Shown here piece by piece: positions 26,401 to 37,886 of a DNA stretch of 64,000 bases. Each line of letters begins with the position of its first letter. Position 1 is the stretch's first letter. The stretch is taken from the NCBI GenBank assembly GCA_051294905.1, contig CM119381.1, forward strand, positions 13,764,001 to 13,828,000. The letters are read 5' to 3'. The notes beneath the pieces are model-generated. The model saw only the letters and a list, made by a program, of their open reading frames with translations, searched no databases and was not told where the DNA came from. The DNA is from Botryllus schlosseri. Lineage: Eukaryota. Position numbers and translations under genes: made by a program.

Positions 26401-26619
26401 TTGCCGGCATAGTATCCAAGTGTCAGGGAAAGGGAGAGATGTAGTTCTCTTTCTTATTGGTCACGTGTTTATAAGTCAATAAGTTGGCAACTCAATAATC
26501 CAAATTTCTGATTACAAGTCCCCATTCAATACCCTGACCATAGTGACCACGCACCCAACGCTTCGCCCGCAGCTTTAAGAGCCTTCACGACCTTTCCATC
26601 AGTACTTGTGAGGTTTCAA

Positions 26620-27620
26620 GGGGTAGTATGACCAATGACCAATGACCAATGACAAGCATATTTATAAGTATGGCGATTTTTTTTCCTAAACATCGGAAGA
26701 TTTTGACCTAAACAATTAACATTGTGACATTGTTTACCTTAAAAATCTCAATTTTGACCAAATTTGACCTAACGTATGCAAATTAGGTGTTTCCCACATA
26801 ATGTTGGAATTGTACTTATCATCATTTTTGGTTGGAACTATTTGTCCTTACGAAGTAGTTTGGCCTGAGAGAAAGACTTTTTTGCCTCAAAAACTGACAA
26901 AATTTTACATGAAATAACTTTATTTCAACGAAATCTGGCCATATGAGGAATTCCAGTTGTTACATTACGCATTAAGGTAGAAATAATCAGAAAATTTTGT
27001 AGTAGAACAAAAGATACTTTCCTACATTCTCGGGTAGAAAGGATCTGTCCTTACTAAGTAGCTTGCCAAGAATGGAGAAAGAACGTTCAACAGCAGCAGT
27101 TGTTGGCTGACAACACTGAAGTTGTGCGTACACTGCTGGTGACAAACCGTGTTGCTTCATTCGGGCAATGGTGTCTACATCACAAATTTTTATCATGCGC
27201 TTCTTGATAAAGAACCATGCAATGCCCACGCAGTCTTGCTTCAGTTGGGATATCACGGTACGTTGAGCATAACACCATGTCAACCTATTTTGTTTCATTT
27301 GAATATTGATGATTCCCAATGAGCAGACAATGGGACATCTACAACGGTAGGCCTATAAAGTATAAAGTAGGCTACAAGCTGTAAAATGTTAAATGGTAAG
27401 TTCACCGACAGTGCAGAATCTACGATACAAACGAAATGCAGTTTGCAAAAAAGTTTCAACTTTGTAAAAAATTTTTACATTTTTTGTCCTAACGCTGCAA
27501 TTTTGACTGTTTTGACATGTCAAAAAAATCGCCCTAGTTAAAACATAATCTCATGTGTAAGGTCTAGCTAAATTGTCATTATAGCTGTCATAAATTGTCA
27601 TTAGGAATGATAGTAATTGC
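26620..27620 (-). mobile_element. hAT element remnant with C-terminal dimerisation-domain ORF
   Basis: ORF 26987-27319 contains CQPTTAAVERSFSILGKLLSKDRSFLPENVGKYL (hAT P.TS..VERSFS motif). Inverted subterminal ggcgattttttt (~26671) / aaaaaaatcgcc (~27522), (ACCAATG)n at the left end and GTCAT repeats at the right. Outer ends approximate. Confidence 0.8.
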
Positions 27621-27644
27621 TCGATAAGTAAGCATTGCCTGAAC

Positions 27645-28599
27645 CAGTGGTTCTCAACCTTTTTGACTTCGCGGACCCCTTTTTGACCGTCACGGACCCT
27701 AGCGGATCCCCTCAAGTTTTAGTTCAAATTTAGCTCAATTATAGTGCAACCGTCATCTGTTTTGTGCAGATATGAGCTGTAGGCTTGTGACAAACAGCAC
27801 CAAAATGACTTTTCTTGATAATAACATCATACTAATTATGTAGAAATTATATAGACTTTTATTATTTCAAAGCTAACTTTGAAGCTGTATTTCTTGAAGT
27901 AGGCCTACGTGGTCTTCAAAATCCGCGTCCTCCATTTGATATGGACGAGTGCCGAAAATCCCTTTCCACAAAGATAGATGGACGCTAATTTAACATTAAA
28001 ACGTGACGCTTCCGACGACACTTTTGGTGCGATAGCAACATTTATGGCCCAATAATGAAGAAAGATATTATTAATGAACATATCACGTCCAGCCTACGGT
28101 AGTCATTTTTATCTAGCATGTCATCTTGTAAGTTATTCTGAAATAGCGGTTATGCATATCACAGGATAAAAAGGATTTCGTGGCGAGGTCTCAATCCCTT
28201 CATTGGGAAAAATTAGTAAAAATACTTCAGGAGTTTTTATTTCAAACGACTCTACTAATACGATGACACTGACTATGATGTCACCCTGATTGATCTTACT
28301 ATCTCCATATTTTCATTTTTTCCACAAACTCCAACAAAACGTCTCGAAAGAGCAATATGTTTGTATCAGTTGGTTACTGGCAATTTGGAAATTAAAATAA
28401 AATTGCATGGTAGGATATTTCATGTCATACTATTATTCTGATGATGTGAGTAATGAGGTTTTAGCAGTTGTGGAGGAAAACTGCCTTGGGCTTTCCCTGA
28501 TTTTAAAAAATGCAAATTCGGTTAACAATACTTTTGCAAATTTAGTGGTCTCGCGGACCCCCTGAAATTGCTTCGCGGACCCCCGGTTGAGAACTACTG
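27645..28599. mobile_element. hAT (Buster-type) MITE
   Basis: cagtggttctcaacc / ggttgagaactactg; CGCGGACCC subterminal repeats; TSD gcctgaac / gcctaaac (7/8). Confidence 0.88.
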
Positions 28600-29228
28600 G
28601 CCTAAACCAAGGGTGCCTACCTTGGCCCGCAGAGAAACTGGGGGAGCCCCAAGAAATTCGGTTTATGACCGTATGTTAGCCACGACCAACGTTTCAGGAG
28701 CTGACGAAGTACTGTTTCGACCCTGGTTGGGGGTTAATATGGGCTCCTTCGCGTCATTGGGTCCGCGTAAGCGGTGTCTTACGAAAGCCTAGACGTAGGC
28801 CGTTCTACTAGACAGCAGCTACGCACTCATAAAAAGAATATAGACCAGATGTAAATGACCACTGTAGTCGAAAAATGCCATGAGCAACAACGATGCCAAC
28901 ACATGGTCTAAGATCAGCATTTATGACTTCGTTGAATATCCAGGCCACTACCAGTTAACGTACGAGGTCTTGGGTCGTTCGAAACCTCTCGTTATACTTT
29001 AAACACATTTATGATCATTAATATATGGTGTATGCATTGGCCACTACAAACATCTCTTATATGTTAGTTGAATGGGGAACAATAGACCCGTTAAGGTGTG
29101 GTGGGGAATACTCTCGAAGTTTGAATGTAACGATTCACAGGTACATCGAAAACTACAATCAATCTTCAACGCCGTAACTTTTCTTTCTACAATATGATGG
29201 TGTCGGGATCAAGTTACCAACTACCTTC

Positions 29229-29630
29229 GAGGCTCAAGTCATGTCTATAGTTACTGCCCATTTAGACTTGAGTCAAATCAAGTCATTGTAAATATTTTCT
29301 AGTCGAGTTGCTATAGCCAAGTCACGCAAGACTCCAGCTTAGAGTCAACTTTTCAGGTTGAAGCTATTCAAGTTATTATGCGGATGCAGGTGCATATTAA
29401 TATGCTAAACCGTGTTGATCTTGTTGAACTTTGTTTCAATGTCATTTCGTTACTAAGACAATACAAGAGACAGGTCAATGATGTAGGCTACAGAGAATGC
29501 CGCTCATATCTCTCCTATGTCGAGTCCGAGTCAAGTCAAAAAAATTTAAGCCATTGCAGGAGTCATGTCGAGTCATTAGGAAAACATTTTCACGATTCTG
29601 ACTAGTGGACTCTGGTCATCTCAACACTAG
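29229..29630. mobile_element. GACTCGAGTC-family repeat copy
   Basis: Repeated gagtc/caagtc motifs ending gactctggtcatctcaacacta. Confidence 0.6.
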
Positions 29631-30402
29631 AACGCGGAAGAGTAAATTTACCTCGATTTGGTCTTCCGTTATCACCGTGTCGGCCGATCCCGAAAACTCT
29701 GCGAAAGTTAAAAAGAGCTATTGAAAATTAAGGTCGCGGAATACATGTTTCGGCATAGAAAGGTATCAAAGGGCGAAAAATTTGAATATAAAGTGGATCA
29801 TTTTCACGAGGCATTTTAGATGTCTACATGTATGATGTGCTGCAGTGGCTACAGGGTCTGGGGCTGCGATGGTCAACGGTCACACTCCTGTGTGCAATAA
29901 ACAAACTATTTCGGTAGTTTCTATCCCAAGGACGAAGGCGTGCGTATTCATTGCTGAGTAAATGCAGGTTCGCAATGATATTCAACCATTATATTGACAT
30001 AGTTTCACCAAGTCTGCCGAACTAGACTTTTTACAAACACTCATGTCAAACACACTTTGCAAAATGAATCAGCAGAACTGTACCAACAATACTCATTTCC
30101 CGCCGCTGCTCAGCAACAAGAAAAACACGCGACCATGTAACGTATACGGATTCATAGCATTCTCGTGCTACACATTGTACCAGTCCAGCCACTTTGAAAG
30201 GAAATGCATTCAGCTGTTGGTTCAAGTCCACTTGCAGCAACAGTCTATCTTCAAGTATGCGAGTGTGCATGACGCTTAATTAGGCCTGTCTACATTCCGA
30301 CAACATGTTCGGCATTCGTAATTACCGCGCTACTTGAATGCCCTGCGGTAAACATGATACGGCGTGACAAACAGTCTACCGCGTGATTCAATAACCCTCC
30401 GC

Positions 30403-33380
30403 CAGGGATATATAGAACTCCGGGATGGCTGACTGCGTCGATTGCGTCATCGCGGTATTACCTAAGTGGGTCCAGATTCGCGCATTCAGTTTGATGCACG
30501 TTCTGGTCAGCCGCTTCATCTGTGTGTTATTTTAAGTTTTTGAGAGGGGTAGAGGCATCTAATATCCATGTTTATGTTATTATATAAAGCTAGAGGTTAA
30601 CTAGGTTATGAGATGTTCAGGTAGTCTGAAACTTTGCGGTATTAGCCCTATTCCTTCAGCAGCAATTTACCGGTATACCGGTACGGTCATTTACTCGCCT
30701 TCGGAATATCTCTGCTTCTGTAGTATCTTATGTAACATGTTTTGCTGCGCTGATAATCGTGAGAAGATAACAAAATGTATAATAATTTCCAACGTTAACA
30801 TTGATATCCGCAGTATGATTTTGATTACGCCTTACGGTATGTTTTTCATTTACCTGTATGTTATGCGAATGTATGTCACCATCCAAGGCTGTACAACATT
30901 GTACAAGTACAAGTGTACATTTACACTGTGCCGTGTCAACTATGAAGGCGACCGTTAGGAGGGACTTCGTCAGTTAAGATCTTGTACTATAGATTAATAT
31001 GTGAATATGCAGGTAGTGCTGGTATTGCAGGCTTACCGGTATTCCAGATCATTGCTGGATTATTCCTAGTAAGAATTGGAGCCACTGAGTACACCACCGG
31101 TGTGCAAGATTCAAGAGGCATTTCAATTAGGGATAACCAAACATTTGAATCTAATACAAACACAACACAACACGTCAAGGTCGTTGCAGTTGTGTAAGTG
31201 TCCATAACAACTGTTGAATCCAATCTCTTGTTACAGATACTATTCATCAGTTACATGTCTGGTAAAACAAGGCAGGCATATGTTTGTTAATGAACGGCAC
31301 CTCAATGCTACAGTACTGGAATTATACTTCAACAGAAGTGCACTGTTGTGAACTGCCAATAGCTGACTCCCAGTAGGCCTATATGGCCACAACATTTGTT
31401 GGCCATTTGCTCTTACTGAAGCCATGAAGATGCCCACTCCCTTGAATGGATAAGCCAACACAATCGTCAGGACACGATATGACCCTGAGATACGGCCTGT
31501 CTTTACCATATAAACACTTATAGCCCATAGGCTATAGGCCTGTACGATGGAGGAAGAGAAAACTCTGAAGATTGCTTTCAATTTGCAAGGTTTAGTCAAA
31601 TCGTCGCAATAACGCATGGACCTCTCCTCAGTCGGCCCAAGGTAAGTTTGGCTGATTCTAGTGATACGTTATTAAATGAGCGATTTACATTAATCCTGAT
31701 GTGGTTAAAGTAGTCTGCATTGCTACTCAAGTAACAGTCGTATTCTCGAGCGTACTGGTATTTAAACTTCCTCAAATAGCTGTAGAAAGTGAAATGCCTG
31801 CAAGGTACTCAAGTTTGGAGATGGCTGCTTCAAAATTACAAGATGTATCTTCGAAAATAGGCAACAACTACTTGAGTACTGCAATGAAGTAGAAGTTCTT
31901 CACTACTGACCAACTCTGCATACATGTATATATATTCTTAAGGTTAATTTGTGTCTCTAAATACATCATTTGTTCATTTTTTGTTGCAGATTCCGGAAAA
32001 ACGAACGCGATGTTCCAGCATTTGCATCACGTAAACAGTGGATATCCTGATATATTATACTGGGCACATTCCATTGAAATCTTGGCAAAGATGGCCACGA
32101 TCTGAATATTTGGATCTCGTGCCTCCTCACCGAGATGATTTTTTTACATTATCGGAAAATCTGCAAGACAATGATACTGAATATTTCTTAACTGATAAAT
32201 GGCATGAAATGCTTCAGGAGGCCCATTCGTGATGTACCGTTAAGCCATGGTGGTAATTTCTTCACTGCGGTCATGAAACTATTTCTCGGTGAACAAAATA
32301 TCAGCTGAATTCAACAACTGGGTCTACCGAATGCTTCTTGAATTGATATTGATATGTACCAAACTTCTACCCCCCGAGGCTACATTTGAACCTGAAGAGA
32401 AGTATCAATGATGTGTGATTTCTTGATCAACTTTCATTGAGTGACATAGAAGCTGACAATGCTGCTATCACAATTTCGAGTCCTTACAGGCCGTGCTATA
32501 TTTTCGTTATTGGAAATGCTCCATGGTAGGGGTGCATTTAAAACAAACGGTGTTTGAAACACTATGTTTAAAACATGCATTAAACAGTGTTTTAAACAAA
32601 GGCCTTTTGAAAAAAATTCTTTCAACGTTGTAAAATTATGCCATAATTGTGTAAATACTTTCTAAAATACGTGTTGTATGAGCCTACGGACGATTACCAC
32701 CCGATATAGCCGACTAATATCGATATGGGATGGCTGGAACCCTCAAAATAGTCGGTTCAACAGCAATAGCACAGATATTTCGTCAAAGGAGCTATATTTA
32801 CACTATATTTGCAATTGTCAATGTCAATCCAATATGACGACACTATTGAATATTCTTGACGTCATGGCTTAAAAAAAGTATATTTTATACAAGGGCCTGG
32901 TTTTAAATATGTTTGTTTTAAATGCAACCCTATACTCAATGGTAATTGTCGGTTAACGCGAATCGAAACAGTTGATTTAATCAATCCTATTACCCCCCCC
33001 CCCCCTTCCCAACTGCAAGGTTTCCGACAATAGCTTGTAAATAGGTAGAAGACGCTGATATTATTCGTTATTCACTCTGTTATTTATGGCCTGATGCAGA
33101 TTATATATGTAGAAATTAAACACATTCATGATTTACTGAAATTCAGAGTTGTCATACTTTACTAGGTTGGCTATACAGCAGTAAGGTTGTGATAATGGAA
33201 GAATGTCTAGCTTACTCACTAACTATTCCGCAAAAGGTTGAGGATCGTTATTCTAGAAACAGCTGTATCGCTAGCGTGCAGAAAAGTGGATATTTCGAGG
33301 CAGATTGCGGGTAACTTTCTGGACCTACTTAGGTAAAGGCCAAAATGAAGTCAGCCATCCCGGAGTTCTATATATCCCTG
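30403..33380 (+). mobile_element. 3-kb non-autonomous DNA transposon with perfect 32-bp TIRs and 8-bp TSD (hAT- or P-like)
   Basis: CAGGGATATATAGAACTCCGGGATGGCTGACT is identical at both ends (inverted), followed by a further TTACCTAAGT.GGTCCAGA match. TSD CCCTCCGC at 30395-30402 and 33381-33388. The interior has broken coding-like sequence, e.g. DSGKTNAM...YPDILYWAHSIEILAK from 31990, which resembles the hAT D...YP.I...C.AH region. Confidence 0.9.
32527..32932. mobile_element. MITE family with TAGGGTTGCATTTAAAACAAAC-type TIRs (copy 3), nested in the 3-kb element
   Basis: taggggtgcatttaaaacaaac ... gtttgttttaaatgcaacccta inverted ends; interior aligns with the other copies. No TSD recognised. 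Confidence 0.85.
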
Positions 33381-34578
33381 CCCTCCGCAAACCTTAAAGC
33401 GTAAGTGATGTTCTCAATGCCGACACTTTGTGGTCGGAAAGTTTGCCTGAGGTCAATCGTGATTGATTGATGTCTTAGCGCTGCGAAGTCGCGGACACGA
33501 TCGTCCATTTTGATGGAAGTATATGTAACGTTGGAGCTGGTTAAGGCAACGATCGCAGGCAGTGTTGTCTGGAAGACTGGAACTTCTAGATACCCATGGT
33601 TCGCAGAATGTCCTTTCCCGAGGGAAATGGGGGAACCATTCACATACCCAGAACCCTGACTCCCAACTAATTAACATGTGTGACTGTACGTTCCATCTGT
33701 ACTCCTTTATATGTATATTGTATATTTTATGCGTTCTGTTATTGACCGTGCTCCAGGATGTCTCACTGTAATGCCGGGAAGGAAACGGGGTAGTACAAAC
33801 TACAAAATGAGGGGCAACAGGTTGGAGCGCACATAAGATACAGTCCACTTTTCCAAATTCGTCTTTCTTCCACGAAACTTGGGGCGCAAGCGTGATTAAA
33901 AACGATGAACCAAATTAGCTCAATTCTAATTAAATTTTTACTCGTACTAGCGCCCCGCGTAGACATGCAGGATTGCAGGTGTAAGCATGGCGACTCTGTC
34001 TCCGAATCTATGTATCGTAACTCATGTGCACGTTTGATTTACACTTTTCACGAATGAACTGAACATGTAGAGGACGAATTAAACTTACGGAATTGTGATA
34101 AACAGGGCCGTTGTTGCTCACATCTAACCAGTAACCTAAAAGGATATTAGAAGCGTCGGAAATTGTGGATTATATCGTAGTAGTAGGTATGGCGTATGGT
34201 CTAGGGTCGCAATAATAGTGCAAACGGTGATACCTGCGTTAAGTCTCACTAGCATCCCGGATAGAACAGTGAAATCCCCCATGATTTAATTAAAATTTAC
34301 ATAACAATAAATCTATCACTTCGCTTGCGCGTTTGACATATGATAAATCACGCAGTGAGTATGATTAATAGCGTGTATGTGCATTGGGCACCCATATCTG
34401 CACACATGGGAAAGACGCGTAACTTGCGATTTTATATGTATTTCAGTATATATGAATCGATGAAACGGACGGAAAAGTTGCATTCAAAAATAGCTTAGAA
34501 AAGCAACAATCGATTGACGCACCGTTGCATGACATACACGTATGTATATGGTTAAAGCAGCATCACCCATCGCAAATT

Positions 34579-35654
34579 TCATAAAAAATTAGACTCAAGA
34601 AAATTATCAGTCGAGTGATTGGCAAAGAAAAACTCTTCTTCAACACTAGGCATAAACGTACCTTTCGCCAAAACATTCCTATCAACATTAGACTCGTTCA
34701 CCGCTGACTGAATAGAGTCGAACTCGCTGACGGCTTGCTGCAGGTGACTCGAGGGCGCCGCGGTAGTAGACATTGTGCAGTATGGGGTTCTACTACTCTG
34801 GTGTGTGACCTTGGCAATATCGTTCAATAATTCAAAGTCTGTGGAGTGGTTGGTTGTGGGGATGATATTTTGCTGGCATCCCAATTGCAAAAAGTCTGAA
34901 TTCATTTGCGAATTGTTCTGGCAAGGCGATAATATTGAAGACGCCGGCGACGGGTTGCGTAAGTAGTCCGAGTTTACCGGGGACGAGGCAGCGCTTTGGT
35001 GAAATGGTAACATTTCTTGCGTGTTGTAGCCAGTTGGATACGTGGCAGGCGGACTAGTCGTACTGTATTGGTACACATTGTTATTGCGATAATAACAGGA
35101 GGGTGAACCTGGGTCTGACATCGCTTTTGATGCTGGTGACATTGCGCCTTGGGGCATCGGTTGGTACACTGTCGCATTTTCGTCGTATTGACTTTGTGGT
35201 GAAAATGCGTCTCTAGAGCTGTGACTTGGCGATACGTGCCCGACAGCAGTTGAGTAGTCGTAACATGTTTGGTTCTCATTTCCGTTGTATGGAAATATAT
35301 TCGAATCGGACAAGGAATGCTGCATAGGCTTGAATCCCTCATCAAATCCGTACAGTATGGAGGCATGTCCTGTCGTTTTTGTGACGGCTCCACTAATGGT
35401 CTGGATGTCTCCTTCATTTCCACCGTACATCCATGTGTTTGATTGTTGTTGAGAGTTGATTGGCTTGCCGAACTGAGCTGGCGACTGCGAGAATATGTTA
35501 TTGGTGGTGCTTGCAGTGTCATTTGTCGTGGAGTAATTCCATTGGACGTGCGGCTGAGGGTAGCTTAGTGCCTTTGCGCCCTCCTGGGTGGGATTGCGTG
35601 TGATGGTCTTCCTGGCTTGCTTTCTTTGCTCGTGGTTACGGATCCGAATGTGCC
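34579..35654 (-). CDS. IRF: IRF1/2-like, terminal coding exon (basic NLS-like stretch, then S/Q/P/Y-rich transactivation-like region)
   Basis: Acceptor ttatttttgcag|GG is phase 1, compatible with exon 2. It joins ORF 34579..35679 in frame (RHIRIRNHEQRKQARK...FLESNFL*). Summed CDS is 175+168+1076=1419 nt, i.e. 472 aa plus stop. No IAD1/SMAD-like fold recognisable, consistent with the IRF1/2 clade. Confidence 0.88.
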
Positions 35655-36004
35655 CTGCAAAAATAATGGAAGCGGTCATTAACCTTTCGAGATTTATGCC
35701 TGCGATATGTCCGTATATGAGATCCCCATATGGCGTTTGTAAGGTTTTGGTCTTTGGAATATAAGTACGCTACTATTTGCCTAACTATGTCGTAAAGACA
35801 ATTTAAAGCGATCGTAAAAATCGCTATCCATGTGTTAGGTTTGGGCTGATTCTAGGAAAGCGTCAATTGAATTCCAGCGTCTCATCATTGACTGAAGTTA
35901 CATTCAAAATATGCGTGTCTGTATAGAAAAGTCCCGGCTTATACAAAGCTATCGTTACATGCCCAGCGATAAAATAACTTTCAAAACAATCAAGCATCTC
36001 TTAC

Positions 36005-36172
36005 GTTTTCGCGGAGTCGCGGAAGACGTGGTGGTGAGCTTGAAAACGCGGCAAGCGTCGTCGCCCCGTTTTTTCGCCATCGTTTTGTCTTCGTGCACAT
36101 CGGGCAACGAGTGCAGTGCGCAACGGAATGTAGCTTTCAGGGTTTTCGGGTGCGCGTTATGCACGCAAGATC
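36005..36172 (-). CDS. IRF: IRF1/2-like, coding exon 2 (C-half of the DBD, recognition helix)
   Basis: Follows a 65-nt intron (36237-36173, acceptor caacgcag|GA). Reads GSCVHNAHPKTLKATFRCALHSLPDVHEDKTMAKKRGDDACRVFKLTTTSSATPRK, matching IRF1/2 [23 protein letters not shown]. Donor AAAAC|gtaaga (phase 1). Confidence 0.95.
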
Positions 36173-36237
36173 CTGCGTTGACACGAAGTTTTAGATTTTC
36201 CGATCAAGTCCAAATCGCGACGTATATAGGGACGTAC

Positions 36238-36412
36238 CTGTATGTTCAGCCCAATCGCGGAACAAAGCGCCGTCGCTGTTCTGATCCCAGCCGTGTAAGG
36301 CCGCGTGTTTCCACGGTATCTTAAAGATCTGCTGTTCCTCATCAAGCCACACCAGCCCCGGGTAGCGCGGATTTCCAATGCGAATCTTCAACCAATCTTT
36401 CATTCTGAACAT
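36238..36412 (-). CDS. IRF: IRF1/2-like interferon regulatory factor, coding exon 1 (N-half of the DNA-binding domain)
   Basis: Translates MFRMKDWLKIRIGNPRYPGLVWLDEEQQIFKIPWKHAALHGWDQNSDGALFRDWAEHTG, which carries all five Trp of the IRF DBD and the IPWKHA motif. Ends at donor CAG|gtacgt (phase 1). The start is uncertain: ttttattttcgtttgcaatgttcag|AATG could be an acceptor, which would imply an upstream exon or trans-splicing. Confidence 0.95.
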
Positions 36413-37886
36413 TGCAAACGAAAATAAAACATCCGTGGACAACTATATTCCAAGGTTGCCCACCGACCTTAATCTTTTTCCTTCTGGTATAATCTCTTGC
36501 TCGTAAGGATGCATTGTAGCGCCGACAGTCATTTTTTCAGGTTTATTCGATTGATCCAGATAACTAACTATGTTTGCGAAATTAGACTTAACAGTTTCCC
36601 ATGCGTAAACTACGTAACTGCAAAAATGAAATTACACGGTTATGAAGATGGAAGTGCTATAATCGAAGCAATGATTAAGCATAGAAGCTAAAACGTGTGT
36701 TTGTCTGCTACGCTTATCCGGCTCATATAGATATATTTATTTCAAAATATCTTGAAATCTGTCCGCCATATTTGATGTTCAAATGAGATTCGTATTTGGC
36801 TAAGTCATACGCATATATATCCAATCGCCTCAATATCCCTGATGCTATAAATGTACCAAGGTAGATCGGCTCGATACGAGAGCTGATCTCGGTATGATCG
36901 TAAATTTACGTTCGTCGGTATATATATACGAAAATACTCGATCCGATAAACGATCTATCCGTCCGAGATATATTGGGCAGTGCGTATCAAAAATAGTAGT
37001 TTCCGCTATTTTTAATCCGGTTGGTGTATCTTTGTAGGGATTGCGATGGCTATTTTTAGGAATGGCTTCAGCTTGCGGTCGACGAGTTTTCTCCTATGCC
37101 GAAACGAGAGAGCTGCCGGCGGTCTATCCGTCCGACGTCTCTCGTAGTGCGACCGTTGTGGGCCCTAGGCCAAGCTCGTAAATTCCCCATTTGCTACAAG
37201 CAGCATGCCAACACCGTCATTTGCGTCAGTTCAGAGATAACGTGCAATTTGGCAAACCAAATTCTTAATAGACAACTGATTCACTTGCATAGCTCCAACT
37301 TATTTTTACTCATTGCGAGACACGCACTGACGTAAAATAATAAGTATCATCAATCTAAAACTAATCGGAAATTATCGGTTATTTATTAGCTTTCATGCTT
37401 TGTTTATTTTTCGGTCTCGGAACACATCTGCACACTGGCAAGGTTTGCGAATAACGATGCCACTAGTAAAAAATATACTGGTAATAAATGCAACAGTATT
37501 TTGGCATTCATAGCGTGTAAACACAAGAGCGTGCAGACCTGCAAAGTAACGTCATGCGCCGTAACAGGATTTCCGCATCAGGCCGGCGCCTATCGCAGAA
37601 TATCACAAAGTCAATGCCAAATATTTCTCGAACTGTTGATAAGATCTCGGTGACGGTAGATTGCGGAAATCATCCCAAGTATTTTATATCACAACAAAAA
37701 TCTTCTGATTCATATCATCTGACGTATGCGACAGCAATAGTCGCCAATCTAACCTGAATGATAGCACGCAGTGAATGGTGTCGCTACACATGGCCGATAC
37801 ATGTATTATTCCACTGTTTCTGATGTAACAATATGTTTTCGTCAAGTTGGAGGAAATGGATCGCGTATATAGTAAATACGATAGCG

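Noticed and set aside
34974-35522. 182-aa overlapping ORF inside the IRF terminal exon
   Set aside because: Alternative frame of a low-complexity exon; splice phase selects the 34579 frame.
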